A DNA stretch of 60,462 nucleotides, the filler included. It is 6 parts of 6 records of this genome, joined end to end, with 100 filler letters (N's around TTAATTAATTAA, not from the genome) between each part and the next. Parts side by side here need not be neighbours in the genome. Positions count along the whole stretch, not along the records: positions 22,922 to 31,980 come from SRR31156797_16128; positions 32,081 to 42,046 come from SRR31156797_16133; 4 more parts are not named here. The stretch is one strand, 5' to 3'. Below are positions 30,436-40,919 of this stretch, one piece after another. Position 1 is the stretch's first letter, and each line of letters begins with the position of its first letter. Both the position numbers and the translations under genes were made by a program. The notes under the pieces were generated by a model. It saw only the letters and a list, made by a program, of their open reading frames with translations, did no database searches and was not told the origin of the DNA.

Positions 30436-30692
30436 TTTCAACGAACAGCAACGACGAATAAAGCAATGACAGCCTAGAGGTGAACATTTACAATTCCACT
30501 CCTATTGCAAGAATCTTTTAAATCAATGGAAAAACAAAGGAGCTGCCTAAAAAGCATTCGAAGACGCCATTGCTATATAAGTTAAATAATTCGTTGACGA
30601 TATTAAGATTTAGGAAGTTGCAGTTGAAGACTATTCGAATTTTAAAGCAAAATACAGGTAATGACATACTGTAATAATCTATAAAGTAATAA

Positions 30693-30726
30693 TGGGTGTC
30701 CAATTCATATTAGACACCCACTTTTT
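30693..30726. terminator. Hairpin / probable terminator between convergent genes
   Basis: TGGGTGTC...GACACCCA followed by CTTTTT. Confidence 0.55.
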
Positions 30727-30748
30727 AATCAACTCATATTACTATTTT

Positions 30749-31081
30749 CTAATCATGCGACTCCACATGCCACGCTTGCTCTACTGTGTGTAAGTTGGCT
30801 TTAATTTCAGTTGTCCAGCTTTTTACTTTATCAGACAATCCTGATTTCATAATTTTCTCGGCATGATCGCTTTGCATAAATTTGGTGAACTTTTCACGGG
30901 ATGTCCATAAAGTAATTCCGGTAATGGGTCCATTTTTCTGCTCAGGTTTTAGCGACATACTCATAAACGCTCCATCCTGCTCTTTAATCATTTCCGAAGT
31001 CTCTTTCAACATATCCATTAATTCATCGAAATGTTCCTGCTTCGGATAATAATTCTCTGTAACTACATAAGGTTTTGTCAT
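30749..31081 (-). CDS. Antibiotic biosynthesis monooxygenase (ABM)-like protein
   Basis: 110 aa with the ABM pattern ITLWTSREKF...SDH. Confidence 0.75.
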   Translation of the reverse strand: MTKPYVVTENYYPKQEHFDELMDMLKETSEMIKEQDGAFMSMSLKPEQKNGPITGITLWTSREKFTKFMQSDHAEKIMKSGLSDKVKSWTTEIKANLHTVEQAWHVESHD

Positions 31082-31209
31082 TTGTTCAAATTTTAAGTTT
31101 TAATATTATTTTTACTATGTTTTCGATACAAATATACAATTTTATTTCAATTACATAGTTTTATAGTGTATTTTTTATATGTTTTTGAAATATTTTATAT
31201 TTTTGTGCT

Positions 31210-31806
31210 ATGAATAATTCACTTAACCTTATTTCAGAACTTATTGAGTATCTCAATACGTATAAAAAAGAAAATGGGGAAACCCCTAAAGACTTAAAAG
31301 CTTTTATAACCTGGATCAATCAGTTAGTTTTTGACGCTCATGATACTAATGAAATAGGACATAATGATATCAGTTCTGACATGGAACTCACGTTCTTACT
31401 GATCATGCAAAACAAACATTATAAAATGTATTGCAAAGAAGCGTTGGCAGACACAGATATTAAATCGCCCGACGAATGGAGTTTTCTATACCACTTAAGC
31501 CTTGTGGATAGTTTTCGAAAAATGGAATTAATACACATTCATTTACTAGAAGCCCCATCAGGTATTGAGGTGATTAAAAGACTACTTAAGAAAGGTTTTA
31601 TTGAGGAATTTGACGACTCTGAAGACAAACGAGCCAAAAGAATCCGAATAACAAAGAAAGGAAGGCAAGAAACCAACAAACTAAACCCAAGAATGAATGA
31701 AGTTTATGCAAAGATGACTGCTGAAATGTCGTTAAAAGAGAAAATGCATGCACTGATGTTTTTGCGGAAGTTAAATGAATATCACAGTGCAGAAGGGCAC
31801 AAATAG
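31210..31806 (+). CDS. MarR-family transcriptional regulator
   Basis: IKRLLKKGFI...DKRAKRIRITKKG; divergent from the ABM gene. Confidence 0.87.
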   Translation: MNNSLNLISELIEYLNTYKKENGETPKDLKAFITWINQLVFDAHDTNEIGHNDISSDMELTFLLIMQNKHYKMYCKEALADTDIKSPDEWSFLYHLSLVDSFRKMELIHIHLLEAPSGIEVIKRLLKKGFIEEFDDSEDKRAKRIRITKKGRQETNKLNPRMNEVYAKMTAEMSLKEKMHALMFLRKLNEYHSAEGHK

Positions 31807-31980
31807 AGACTAGTTATCTATCAATTCAAATACCGATCATTTGGATCACTTCATAAAGTTGTGGATCTATTATTTTCTCTACATAGGCTAGTTGAAAATG
31901 AATACGTTAGTTCGAAATGAAAACCAGGTTTTATTAAAACAAATAGAACGCGGATATTACGGATTTGGCTGATAAAACGG

Positions 31981-32080
31981 NNNNNNNNNNNNNNNNNNNN
32001 NNNNNNNNNNNNNNNNNNNNNNNNTTAATTAATTAANNNNNNNNNNNNNNNNNNNNNNNNNNNNNNNNNNNNNNNNNNNN
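31981..32080. other. Artificial contig spacer
   Basis: N44-TTAATTAATTAA-N44. Confidence 0.99.
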
Positions 32081-32081
32081 A

Positions 32082-32237
32082 AAACCTTATGATCCAAAAG
32101 AGATGTATGCGGTGATTCAAACTCTTTTACGACGATCTCAAAAACATAAAAAACCTAATCTTTTACATTCTATAAAGAACATAGGATATAAGCTTACACA
32201 ATACCTTGGTGTAAAACACTTTTTCAAAAGTTTCTAA
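32082..32237 (+). CDS. Response regulator, C-terminal part (truncated at contig start)
   Basis: Manual translation KPYDPKEMYAVIQTLLRR...IKNIGYKL. Confidence 0.6.
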   Translation, partial: KPYDPKEMYAVIQTLLRRSQKHKKPNLLHSIKNIGYKLTQYLGVKHFFKSF

Positions 32238-32245
32238 AACTTGTT

Positions 32246-32902
32246 TTAATAAACCTTATTTTCTTCATAAACTATCTCAGTTCCACCAATAGCAAAGATA
32301 AAACTCCCCTGCAGTGTAAAACTATCAAAGATACTATATCTACAAGTTAAATACTCTTGTTTACTATCTAATATATAATACGTAAAATTTTCTTTTACTT
32401 CTAAGATATCTTTATCTCCTGTTTTTAGTACATATTGTTCTAAAAAGTATTCGATCTGATCTTGTGTTTCAAACTTTTCATAACTCTTTTTAAACTCTTC
32501 CAATAAAAGTGAAAAATCATAAATATAAGAGATTCGATCAGTGATATCACTTTGACATATCTGATAAAGTGTTTCTGTAGAGTCTATTTGATTCAGATTA
32601 CACCCTAGTTCATCATCAAAATAATCAATAGAAATATTGATATTTAGATCATTTATCTCAAATGGAACACCATTTGCTGTAAACTCTAAAATATCTGATA
32701 AGGCACTTTCTTCTTTATAATTCTCAAATAGTGCTGGAATCTGACTTTTAATATCATCTCTTGTAAGGAGTAGTTGGGTTAAGGATTTTTCAACGGAGAG
32801 AGTACTGATAAACTTATCTGTTTTATTTAAATTATCTAATAATAATAATGAAAGGATAGTGATAAATGCTAAAGTAAAAAATAAAACTACACCCTTTTTC
32901 AA
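32246..32902 (-). CDS. GspK-like / pseudopilin-associated protein
   Basis: MKKGVVL followed by one hydrophobic helix; last gene of the gspG-H-F run. Confidence 0.5.
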   Translation of the reverse strand: MKKGVVLFFTLAFITILSLLLLDNLNKTDKFISTLSVEKSLTQLLLTRDDIKSQIPALFENYKEESALSDILEFTANGVPFEINDLNINISIDYFDDELGCNLNQIDSTETLYQICQSDITDRISYIYDFSLLLEEFKKSYEKFETQDQIEYFLEQYVLKTGDKDILEVKENFTYYILDSKQEYLTCRYSIFDSFTLQGSFIFAIGGTEIVYEENKVY

Positions 32903-32904
32903 AA

Positions 32905-34122
32905 CTACCCCACATTCATACTAAAGATAGGAAGAAGCATCGCTATGACAATCACTCCAATAATCGATCCAACTACTAACATAGCAAAAGGCTCTAGAAG
33001 TGTTAAAAAGATCTTGATCTTATCTTGATTTTGTACATTATAAAGCTCCACTAAACTTTGAAGTATGGTATTAAGCTCGCTCGTCTCTTCTCCAATAGCG
33101 ATTGCTTTTATAAATGATCTATCCAATTTAAAAGTTGTATTATTATCTAAAACTGTAGAGAGCTTTTCACCCTCTACTATTCTTTCATTTGCATCGGTAA
33201 AAACTTTTTTTACAACACTATTTTTTAAAATATCGCTTCCTAGTTGAAAAGATTGTACTACTGGTACTCCTGAAGTGATCAAAATTGAGTTTATATATGC
33301 AAATCTGCTTAGTTCATTTATCTGAATAAAGTTCCCTAAAAAAGGAAGCTGTAATAAAAACTTATCCACCAAATATTTAAAACTAGATGAATTTTTTAAA
33401 AAGTAAGAGAACAATAGTAATATAACAACTAAAATTATAGTAATCAGCATAATATGGGTACTAAAAAAATCTCCTAAGGTGATCACTACTTTGGTAATAG
33501 GTGGGAGTTCTTGGCTATTTTGCTCAAAAATTGAAGTGATCTTTGGAACAATAAAACTTAGCATAAATCCCACCATCATAAAAGATACTGTAATAATAAA
33601 AATAGGATATGCCAAACTTGAAGTGATCTGTTTATTGATCTTCAATTGATTATCAAGATAATTTGCAAGCTCTTTTAAAACTTGATCAAGCATCCCACCA
33701 TTTTCACTGATCTTTATGGCTTGGAGATAAAACTCTGGGAGTTTATAGATATTTTGAATATGAAGAGCTGTATAAAAGTTTTTCCCCTCATCTAAAGAGG
33801 CAAGAACTAGAATAAAAAATGAATTTAGTTTTTTATCATCAATATATCGTTCCGAGATCAGTTTGACTGCATTGATTAAAGGGATCCCTGCTTGTAAGTA
33901 GATACTAAGATCTCTACTGATTACTGCTAAAACAGAGGTTTTAATATTTGCTTGTCTTGAAAATTTTATATTTTCAAATATTTTTTTATTTTCAGTAGAT
34001 ATAGTGGTATAGATAATATTTTTACTTCGTAAAAGAGCTTTTGCGCTTTGCAAAGATTCTGCTTCTATAGTTCCATTTGATGGACTTCCTGCTTTATCAA
34101 AACCTTTATATTTAAAAAGCAT
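32905..34122 (-). CDS. gspF: Type II secretion system F family (GspF/PilC) platform protein
   Basis: ENGGML, LAYP, IVPKI, GEETSEL, LLEP, AMLLPIF. Confidence 0.9.
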   Translation of the reverse strand: MLFKYKGFDKAGSPSNGTIEAESLQSAKALLRSKNIIYTTISTENKKIFENIKFSRQANIKTSVLAVISRDLSIYLQAGIPLINAVKLISERYIDDKKLNSFFILVLASLDEGKNFYTALHIQNIYKLPEFYLQAIKISENGGMLDQVLKELANYLDNQLKINKQITSSLAYPIFIITVSFMMVGFMLSFIVPKITSIFEQNSQELPPITKVVITLGDFFSTHIMLITIILVVILLLFSYFLKNSSSFKYLVDKFLLQLPFLGNFIQINELSRFAYINSILITSGVPVVQSFQLGSDILKNSVVKKVFTDANERIVEGEKLSTVLDNNTTFKLDRSFIKAIAIGEETSELNTILQSLVELYNVQNQDKIKIFLTLLEPFAMLVVGSIIGVIVIAMLLPIFSMNVG

Positions 34123-34654
34123 CTCTTACCTCTTTTTGTTGTAGATCAAAAAACTCCAATACCTCTTGTAGTGATTGAAACTCTAATGCTGTTGCTTGTA
34201 AATTGGATAAAAGAGTAAATGAATCATCATTTCCAACGATATATTCATCACAGATACCACTTTTTTTACAAGAGTATTGAAAATTTACATTTTCACTCAA
34301 CATTCGTTGCCGTTCAAGTTTTGGAAACTCTAACTTTTCATAATCAAAGTCAGCTTTGTATCTATAGACCTCTATATCGTTATGAAAAAGTTGAATCTTT
34401 GTATCCTCTTGTAATGTCCCATCAATAAAGAGATAACAACTATTCTCTTTCTCGGTACATTTTACACTAATTTTCTTTTCAAATTCAAGGTCAAGTAAAA
34501 AACTTCGTAAGTTTTTTAATTCAATCTTATGATCATTTTGCAAAAGATCATTTTTAGAAAAAGAGTTAAAAGAGAGATAATATAAAGTCCCTATAAGAAG
34601 AATAACTATTATTAACTCTAAAAGAGTAAATGACTTTACTTTGCTGATCCGCAT
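34112..34654 (-). CDS. Minor pseudopilin (GspH-like)
   Basis: Prepilin motif KSFTLLELIIV. Confidence 0.75.
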   Translation of the reverse strand: MRISKVKSFTLLELIIVILLIGTLYYLSFNSFSKNDLLQNDHKIELKNLRSFLLDLEFEKKISVKCTEKENSCYLFIDGTLQEDTKIQLFHNDIEVYRYKADFDYEKLEFPKLERQRMLSENVNFQYSCKKSGICDEYIVGNDDSFTLLSNLQATALEFQSLQEVLEFFDLQQKEVRDAF

Positions 34655-35046
34655 TGTGAAAAGTAAATATCATCATCTCCACCCTCTTTCTTATCAGCTC
34701 CTAAAGAGATAATCTCATAAGTGGTACCATTTGAAGTATAAATATATGGGTTTTTCCAACTATCGTTTGGTATTTTATTATCTTCAAAATACCCTTTATC
34801 TAATAAAATATTTAAGCCCTCACTTGTACTTGGATACGTTGAGTTATCTATTTTATACATTTTTAAAGCTTGTGAGATACTTTGCATCTGTACACAAACG
34901 ATCTGTTTTTTTGCCTCTTCCCCTTTTCCTGTTAAACTAGGAAGTACAAAAGAAGCCAACAGCCCAAGGATAATGATCACTACCATAAGCTCAATAAGAG
35001 AGAAAGCACGTTTTTTTAAATTAATTTTTTTTGTTTTTTTAGTCAT
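34636..35046 (-). CDS. gspG: Major pseudopilin GspG
   Basis: AFSLIELMVV, YPSTSEGL, DSWKNPYIY, ISLGADKKEGGDDDI. Confidence 0.88.
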   Translation of the reverse strand: MTKKTKKINLKKRAFSLIELMVVIIILGLLASFVLPSLTGKGEEAKKQIVCVQMQSISQALKMYKIDNSTYPSTSEGLNILLDKGYFEDNKIPNDSWKNPYIYTSNGTTYEIISLGADKKEGGDDDIYFSQCGSAK

Positions 35047-35280
35047 AAAAAATCCTCTATAAATTTCAAAGATGAATTTTACTATGCTAAAGTTTCAATA
35101 GGGCTTAACTCTAAAAAGCTCTTTATTGATAAACTCTATATAAAATTGTTTTTACAGATTAAAAAAATGCAATATAAATGCAATAACAAGAAAATTTTTA
35201 TCATTTAAAACTTTTAGTAAGCTATCTATAGATAAAATATGTTTTATTTCATTCACATAATCTTTATAGTAGGAGATACT

Positions 35281-36015
35281 TTGAGAAAACTTTTTTTACT
35301 TTTTTTATTTTTACTTAACCTTCAAGCAGCGACACTTATAGAACTTGCAGGAGATAAAAACTACCCGCCATACTCATATGAAGAGAATGGAACTGCTAAA
35401 GGTGTTTATGTAGATATTTTAAAAGAAGCCTTTTCACAACTGAAAGGTTATGATATAAAATTTAATATGATGGCTTGGAAAAGAGCTATCATTATGGTAA
35501 AAAAAGGCTCAACTGTAGGTTTCTTTCCTCCATATTACAGTGATGAGAGAACCACTTGGACAAAATTTAGCGAACCAATTTTAGCTGAAACAACTATCGT
35601 TTTTGCAAAAAAGCAAACTTTGAAAGAGAGAAAAAACTATCCAGAAGATTTTTACGGATTGACTGCTTGTCTTAATAGAGGCTTTAGTACACTTACCTTA
35701 GGTGGTCAAAAATTTGCAGATGCTGTTAAAAATGGAAAAATCACTTTAGTAGAAGGAAATGATAATAAAGCATGTCTTAATAGAGTTTCAAAAGGTTTAG
35801 CTGATTTTTATATCAATGACCAACTAATAGATATTTCAGGGTTTCCAAATATCAAAAGAGGAATGGCAGCACAAAAAAACTTTGGACATATAGGGTTTAC
35901 TTTAAAAACAAAAGAGTATCCTTTAATACAAGATTTAGAAGAAAAATTAAATCAAGTGATCAAAACGATGAAATCAAATGGTGAAATTGATAAAATTTTA
36001 CAAAACTATAAATAA
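35281..36015 (+). CDS. Periplasmic substrate-binding protein (SBP family 3)
   Basis: Signal peptide, YPPY, WKRA; TTG start after AGGAG. Confidence 0.85.
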   Translation: MRKLFLLFLFLLNLQAATLIELAGDKNYPPYSYEENGTAKGVYVDILKEAFSQLKGYDIKFNMMAWKRAIIMVKKGSTVGFFPPYYSDERTTWTKFSEPILAETTIVFAKKQTLKERKNYPEDFYGLTACLNRGFSTLTLGGQKFADAVKNGKITLVEGNDNKACLNRVSKGLADFYINDQLIDISGFPNIKRGMAAQKNFGHIGFTLKTKEYPLIQDLEEKLNQVIKTMKSNGEIDKILQNYK

Positions 36016-36028
36016 AGAGCATTAACTT

Positions 36029-36757
36029 ATGAAAAAACTATACTTACTATTTTTATTTCCATTGTTTTTAATTGCAAATGAATCTGTAACAGTTTATACA
36101 GAACATTATCCTCCATATAACTATGAAAAGAATGGAAAGCTACAAGGTTCCTCTATAGAGATTTTAGATGCAATGGCAAAAGAGATGAATGAAGAGATAA
36201 AACCAATCCTCATGAACTGGTCAAGAGCATATACCATGACATTGAAAAAGAAAAATAGTGTGATCTTTTCTACTACAAGAACAAAAGAAAGAGAAAAGAT
36301 GTTTAAATGGGTGGGTCCAATTAGTAAAACAACTGTTGAGATTATTGCGAAAAAAGATAAACATATAAAAATAAAAGAGTTAAAAGATCTAAATAATTAT
36401 AAAGTAGGAACTGTTTTAAAAGATATCGGTGAATCTTATTTATTAGAAAATGGGGTGAAAAAAGAAAATCTTTACTCTGCAAGTGGTACAAATGCTCTTG
36501 AGCTCTCATTTAAAAAACTTGAAAATGATAGAATAGATCTCTTTTCATATGAATATATTGTGGCAAAATATGAAGCAAAGCAAAAAGGTTTTGATATCAA
36601 TAAATATGAAAATGTATTTACTTTGATAGATGGTGAAGTTTATTTTGCTTTTAATAAAGATACTGATGATACTATCATACAAAAATGGCAAAAAGCGCTT
36701 GACACAATAAAAGCAAATGGTATATATAGTAAGATAATGGAGAAATATGAAGAATAG
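36029..36757 (+). CDS. Periplasmic substrate-binding protein (SBP family 3)
   Basis: TEHYPPYNY, WSRAY, RTKEREKMFKWVGP, YFAFNKDT. Confidence 0.87.
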   Translation: MKKLYLLFLFPLFLIANESVTVYTEHYPPYNYEKNGKLQGSSIEILDAMAKEMNEEIKPILMNWSRAYTMTLKKKNSVIFSTTRTKEREKMFKWVGPISKTTVEIIAKKDKHIKIKELKDLNNYKVGTVLKDIGESYLLENGVKKENLYSASGTNALELSFKKLENDRIDLFSYEYIVAKYEAKQKGFDINKYENVFTLIDGEVYFAFNKDTDDTIIQKWQKALDTIKANGIYSKIMEKYEE

Positions 36758-39053
36758 TATAATTTTTAAAACTCTCCTTATTTTAGGGAGTGTTATAGTT
36801 GCTATATTTATAAGTGCAGGATATCTTTTTTTACAAAGTGATCAGCAACTTATTTCTAAAATTAGAACTTATAATATAAACTCAGCCATGGAAGCTCTTG
36901 ATAAAAGAGAAGAGATTATTTTGGAGCTTAATAAACAGCAGATCCAAAGTAGCATTGATAGGATATCAAAAAATGCATCTTTATTTTTAGTAAACTATGA
37001 TGTGGATGGACTCAAAACAAGTTTAATACTTGATCTAAAACAAAAAAGTGTTCAGGCTATCAAAGTATGGGATAGTGTTGTGGGTGAGCTTTTTTTACTT
37101 GTATTTAAAAAAGACAATAAGATACTTACTCAAAATACACTCCCTGAAAATTTTGAAAAATTCACGCAATTTAAGCAAGATATCGTACATATACAAAATG
37201 GAAATGAGGAAAAACTAGGAGAGGTGACTTTTTATTATGATGAGTCTCTTATTAAAAATGAGATAAAACAATTAAAAACTGATACTACAAAAAAAATAGA
37301 AAGCTTTAATAATACCATTAACCAAGAACAATTTGAAGCAAATATTGTAAAACTTTACATCGCTTTGGGAACACTTTTTACTATTTTAATTCTTATCTCT
37401 TTCCTCCTTTTAAAATTTGTAAACAATCCTTTAAAAACACTTCAAAATGGTCTTAATGAGTTTTTCTTATTTTTACAAAATAAAAAAGACAATGTACAAA
37501 AAATCACCATTGATACAAATGATGAGTTTGGAGATATGGCAAACTCATTAAATGAGAATATCTCAGTGAGCGCAAAACTCCATGAAGAGATCCATGAGCT
37601 TAATACAAACCTTGAACATAGAATAGAAGAAAAAACCCAAAAGATAACTACTCTTTTAAATAATGCAGATCAAGGGTTTTTATCTTTTGGAGAAAATCTG
37701 ATCATCAATAACGAATACTCAAAAGAGTGTCTTCATATCTTTAAACAAGATATTTCTAATCAAAACATTGCTGATCTTTTATATAAAGATTCTTCTAAAA
37801 AAGAGTTTTTTACAGCCACCTTAAAATCTCTTTTACATGAAACCAATGAACAAAAAATAAAAACTATTATTTCACTTTTACAAAATGAATTTATTATCAA
37901 TAGAAAAGCGATCAATATCAAATATAAAATAATAGAAGATAAACAGTTTATGTTGATCCTTACAGATATTACCGCACAAAAGATCCTTCAAAAAAAGATC
38001 AATAAAGAGAAAAATATCCTAAAAATGATTGTTTCTGTAGTCACTGATAGTGATGAGTTTTTTGAGCTTGTAGATGAGTTTAAAAAGTTTATTGCTCAAA
38101 AAGATTCAAGTGTAAACCTATCTAAAACGCCACTACATAACGCTACAGAACTTTATAGAACTATCCATACTTTTAAAGGATTATTTGCCCAAAAAGAGAT
38201 GAATGAACTTGTATCGAAACTCCATGATGTGGAATCTAAACTCTCATCGATTTTAAATGATCCAAATCAAACCAATAATGAAATACAAGAACTTATCTCA
38301 TCTTCCCCTTTTGAAAAATGGTTAGATCACGAGATTGATATCATTAAAAATATTTTAGGAGAGGAGCTTTTTGAAGAGAAAGGGAAAGTGATCGTAAAAG
38401 AGGAGAGTCTTTTAGAGATAGAGAAAAAAATCATCCAACTTGCTTCAAAACATGATGAGCTTTCAACTTTTGAACCAGTAGTTAATGAGATAAAAAGTCT
38501 CAAATACAAAACTGTTCATACTCTGCTTTCAACCTATCCAAAGCTTTTAGATCAATTAAGTCAAAGACTTGATAAAGCTATCTATCCTTTAGATATTATT
38601 GTAGATAAAGAGTTAAAAGTAGAAGATAGATTCAAACCATTTTTTAAATCACTTGTCCATGTTTTTAGAAATGCTATTGATCATGGGATTGAGAGTATGG
38701 ATGAAAGAGCAGAGATAGAAAAAGATGAAATTGGTACAATCACTTGTACAGCAAAACAAAATAATGATAATCTTCATATTACAGTTGCCGATGATGGTCG
38801 TGGTATTGATGCAGAAAAAATAAAAACAAAAGCTGCTATGCTCAATATTGATACACAAAACCTTACAAATAGTGAGATCTTTTCACTTATTTTTAGTGAT
38901 AGGCTCTCAACAAAAGATGAAGCTTCAGAAATTTCAGGAAGAGGTGTTGGAATGGCAGCTGTTAAAGCAGAATGTGATAAACTAAATGGAATCATACATA
39001 TAAACTCTGAAAAAAATATTGGAACTACTATAGAGTTTATAATACCACTATAA
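36747..39053 (+). CDS. Membrane-bound CheA-like histidine kinase (2 TM, HAMP, PAS-like, HPt, HATPase; no CheW domain)
   Basis: YRTIHTFKG (HPt), LVHVFRNAIDHGIES, DDGRGID, ISGRGVGM; protein ends right after the ATPase domain. Confidence 0.85.
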   Translation: MKNSIIFKTLLILGSVIVAIFISAGYLFLQSDQQLISKIRTYNINSAMEALDKREEIILELNKQQIQSSIDRISKNASLFLVNYDVDGLKTSLILDLKQKSVQAIKVWDSVVGELFLLVFKKDNKILTQNTLPENFEKFTQFKQDIVHIQNGNEEKLGEVTFYYDESLIKNEIKQLKTDTTKKIESFNNTINQEQFEANIVKLYIALGTLFTILILISFLLLKFVNNPLKTLQNGLNEFFLFLQNKKDNVQKITIDTNDEFGDMANSLNENISVSAKLHEEIHELNTNLEHRIEEKTQKITTLLNNADQGFLSFGENLIINNEYSKECLHIFKQDISNQNIADLLYKDSSKKEFFTATLKSLLHETNEQKIKTIISLLQNEFIINRKAINIKYKIIEDKQFMLILTDITAQKILQKKINKEKNILKMIVSVVTDSDEFFELVDEFKKFIAQKDSSVNLSKTPLHNATELYRTIHTFKGLFAQKEMNELVSKLHDVESKLSSILNDPNQTNNEIQELISSSPFEKWLDHEIDIIKNILGEELFEEKGKVIVKEESLLEIEKKIIQLASKHDELSTFEPVVNEIKSLKYKTVHTLLSTYPKLLDQLSQRLDKAIYPLDIIVDKELKVEDRFKPFFKSLVHVFRNAIDHGIESMDERAEIEKDEIGTITCTAKQNNDNLHITVADDGRGIDAEKIKTKAAMLNIDTQNLTNSEIFSLIFSDRLSTKDEASEISGRGVGMAAVKAECDKLNGIIHINSEKNIGTTIEFIIPL

Positions 39054-39060
39054 AAGGATA

Positions 39061-39537
39061 TTGATGTTACTAGATGCACTAATACTTCAAAGCAAACTTT
39101 TTTTGCAAGAGGATATGGATATAGAGATTAATGAAGTACTAAGAGATGAAAAAGATATCACTTCACTTAGTTTAAAAGATTATACTTCGATGATAGGAAC
39201 AGGTGGAACTTTAAATCTTATGATACTTATTAGCTATGATAATGATCTTTTAAACCATCTAGTTGATCTATTTATGGAGGGTGAAGAGGTTGAACCTGAG
39301 GAGGAAGAGGAGATCAAAGATAGTGTATCAGGAGAGACCATAAATACTATTATGGGACTTGCTCTTCCTACCTTTCCAAATAGAGGTAAAGGGGTTACTA
39401 TCACCCCACCAATTACGATCAATGATGCAGCTCATATTAAAAAATATAAAAACTCTAAAATTGTAACAGCAATTATTAAAACTGGGTTTGGAGAATTAAG
39501 CATCAGTGCAATTGGTCCAATAGATGAAATTAAATAA
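39061..39537 (+). CDS. cheX: CheX/CheC-family phosphatase
   Basis: ExxN motif in GETINTIMG, plus ITPP. Confidence 0.8.
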   Translation: MMLLDALILQSKLFLQEDMDIEINEVLRDEKDITSLSLKDYTSMIGTGGTLNLMILISYDNDLLNHLVDLFMEGEEVEPEEEEEIKDSVSGETINTIMGLALPTFPNRGKGVTITPPITINDAAHIKKYKNSKIVTAIIKTGFGELSISAIGPIDEIK

Positions 39538-39549
39538 AGGAAAAGAAGA

Positions 39550-39963
39550 ATGTTAAAAGTTTTAATTGTAGATGATTCACTAATTATTAGAAAGAAGATT
39601 ACAAAACTCTTAGAACAACTAGGGCATGAAGTGGTTTTTGGAGCAAAAAATGGACAAGAAGCGATAGATGCATATAATGCAAAACAACCTGATCTTGTAA
39701 CTATGGATATTACTATGCCTGATATGGATGGTATTACTGCTGTGAAAAATATCGTAAAAGATAATCATGATGCAAAAATTATAATGGTTACTTCTCATGG
39801 TCAAGAGGATATGGTGATAAAATCTATCCAAGCAGGAGCAGTAGGATATATGCTGAAGCCTATCACTGAAGATAAACTAGTTAATGCTATTGGTGAAGTG
39901 TTTCCTGAGTATGCTTCAAATGAAGTAGAAGATGACCTTGACTTTTTAGATGATGAGCTTTAA
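39550..39963 (+). CDS. Single-domain CheY-like response regulator
   Basis: IVDDS, TMDITMP, YMLKP; acidic tail. Confidence 0.9.
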   Translation: MLKVLIVDDSLIIRKKITKLLEQLGHEVVFGAKNGQEAIDAYNAKQPDLVTMDITMPDMDGITAVKNIVKDNHDAKIIMVTSHGQEDMVIKSIQAGAVGYMLKPITEDKLVNAIGEVFPEYASNEVEDDLDFLDDEL

Positions 39964-39971
39964 GAGACACA

Positions 39972-40919
39972 ATGCAAGAAAATAAACTCTTTGAAGCCCT
40001 TTTAGATGTGATCCCTTTTGGAGCATATGCAGTAGATATAGAAACTTATGAAGTGGTCTATGCCAATAAGCTTATGAGTGAAACTATGTATGCCCCAAGA
40101 GAAGAGTATTGTTGGAAAAAGATATTTGGGCAAGAAGAGGTATGTGCTTGGTGTAAGATTCCTGAGCTGAAACAAAGAGAAAGAACCTATAAGAATGAAA
40201 AGCTTATCAGTAATTTTTTTGATGAATCAACTGATAAATGGCTTCAATCTTACGATGAATTGGTACGGTGGCCAGATGGAAGAACTGTAAAATACTCAAT
40301 TGCTGTAGATATCACTGAGCAAAAAGAGATTCAAGCAGATATGATCAAAACCCATACAAAATTAGCAATGCAGCAAAAAAAATTAAAAATTGCAAATGAA
40401 AAACTTGAATTTATGGCAAAAAAAGATTATCTTACTGGGACAAACAATAGGGGAAATCTTTTTACTCTTGGAAATGAACTTTTAAAAACCTCCCATGAGA
40501 ATGAAACTCCTTTACATGTGGCTATGTTAGATCTTGATAAATTTAAAAGTATCAATGACACCTATGGACATGCTGTTGGGGATAATGTATTAAAAAGATT
40601 TGTAAATAATGTCAATTTATTTCTAGAAGATCATGATATATTTGGAAGACTAGGAGGAGAAGAGTTTGTCCTTTTGATTCCCAATTCTACAGATGAAAAG
40701 ATATACAAAAGACTTGAAGAGATTAGAGAATCTACTTCAAATATTCTCATTGAGACTGAAGATAAAAAAAGTTTCCATTTTAGTGTCAGTATTGGGGTAG
40801 AAAAACTCCAAAAAGAGGATACCACATTAGATACTCTTTTAGATAGAGCAGATAAGCAACTCTATCATGCAAAAGATGCAGGAAGAGATACTATAAAGTT
40901 TAGAGGTTTAGAGTGTTAG
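39972..40919 (+). CDS. Diguanylate cyclase with an N-terminal Cys-containing PAS-like domain
   Basis: DLDKFKSINDTYGH, RLGGEEF; no RxxD I-site. Confidence 0.9.
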   Translation: MQENKLFEALLDVIPFGAYAVDIETYEVVYANKLMSETMYAPREEYCWKKIFGQEEVCAWCKIPELKQRERTYKNEKLISNFFDESTDKWLQSYDELVRWPDGRTVKYSIAVDITEQKEIQADMIKTHTKLAMQQKKLKIANEKLEFMAKKDYLTGTNNRGNLFTLGNELLKTSHENETPLHVAMLDLDKFKSINDTYGHAVGDNVLKRFVNNVNLFLEDHDIFGRLGGEEFVLLIPNSTDEKIYKRLEEIRESTSNILIETEDKKSFHFSVSIGVEKLQKEDTTLDTLLDRADKQLYHAKDAGRDTIKFRGLEC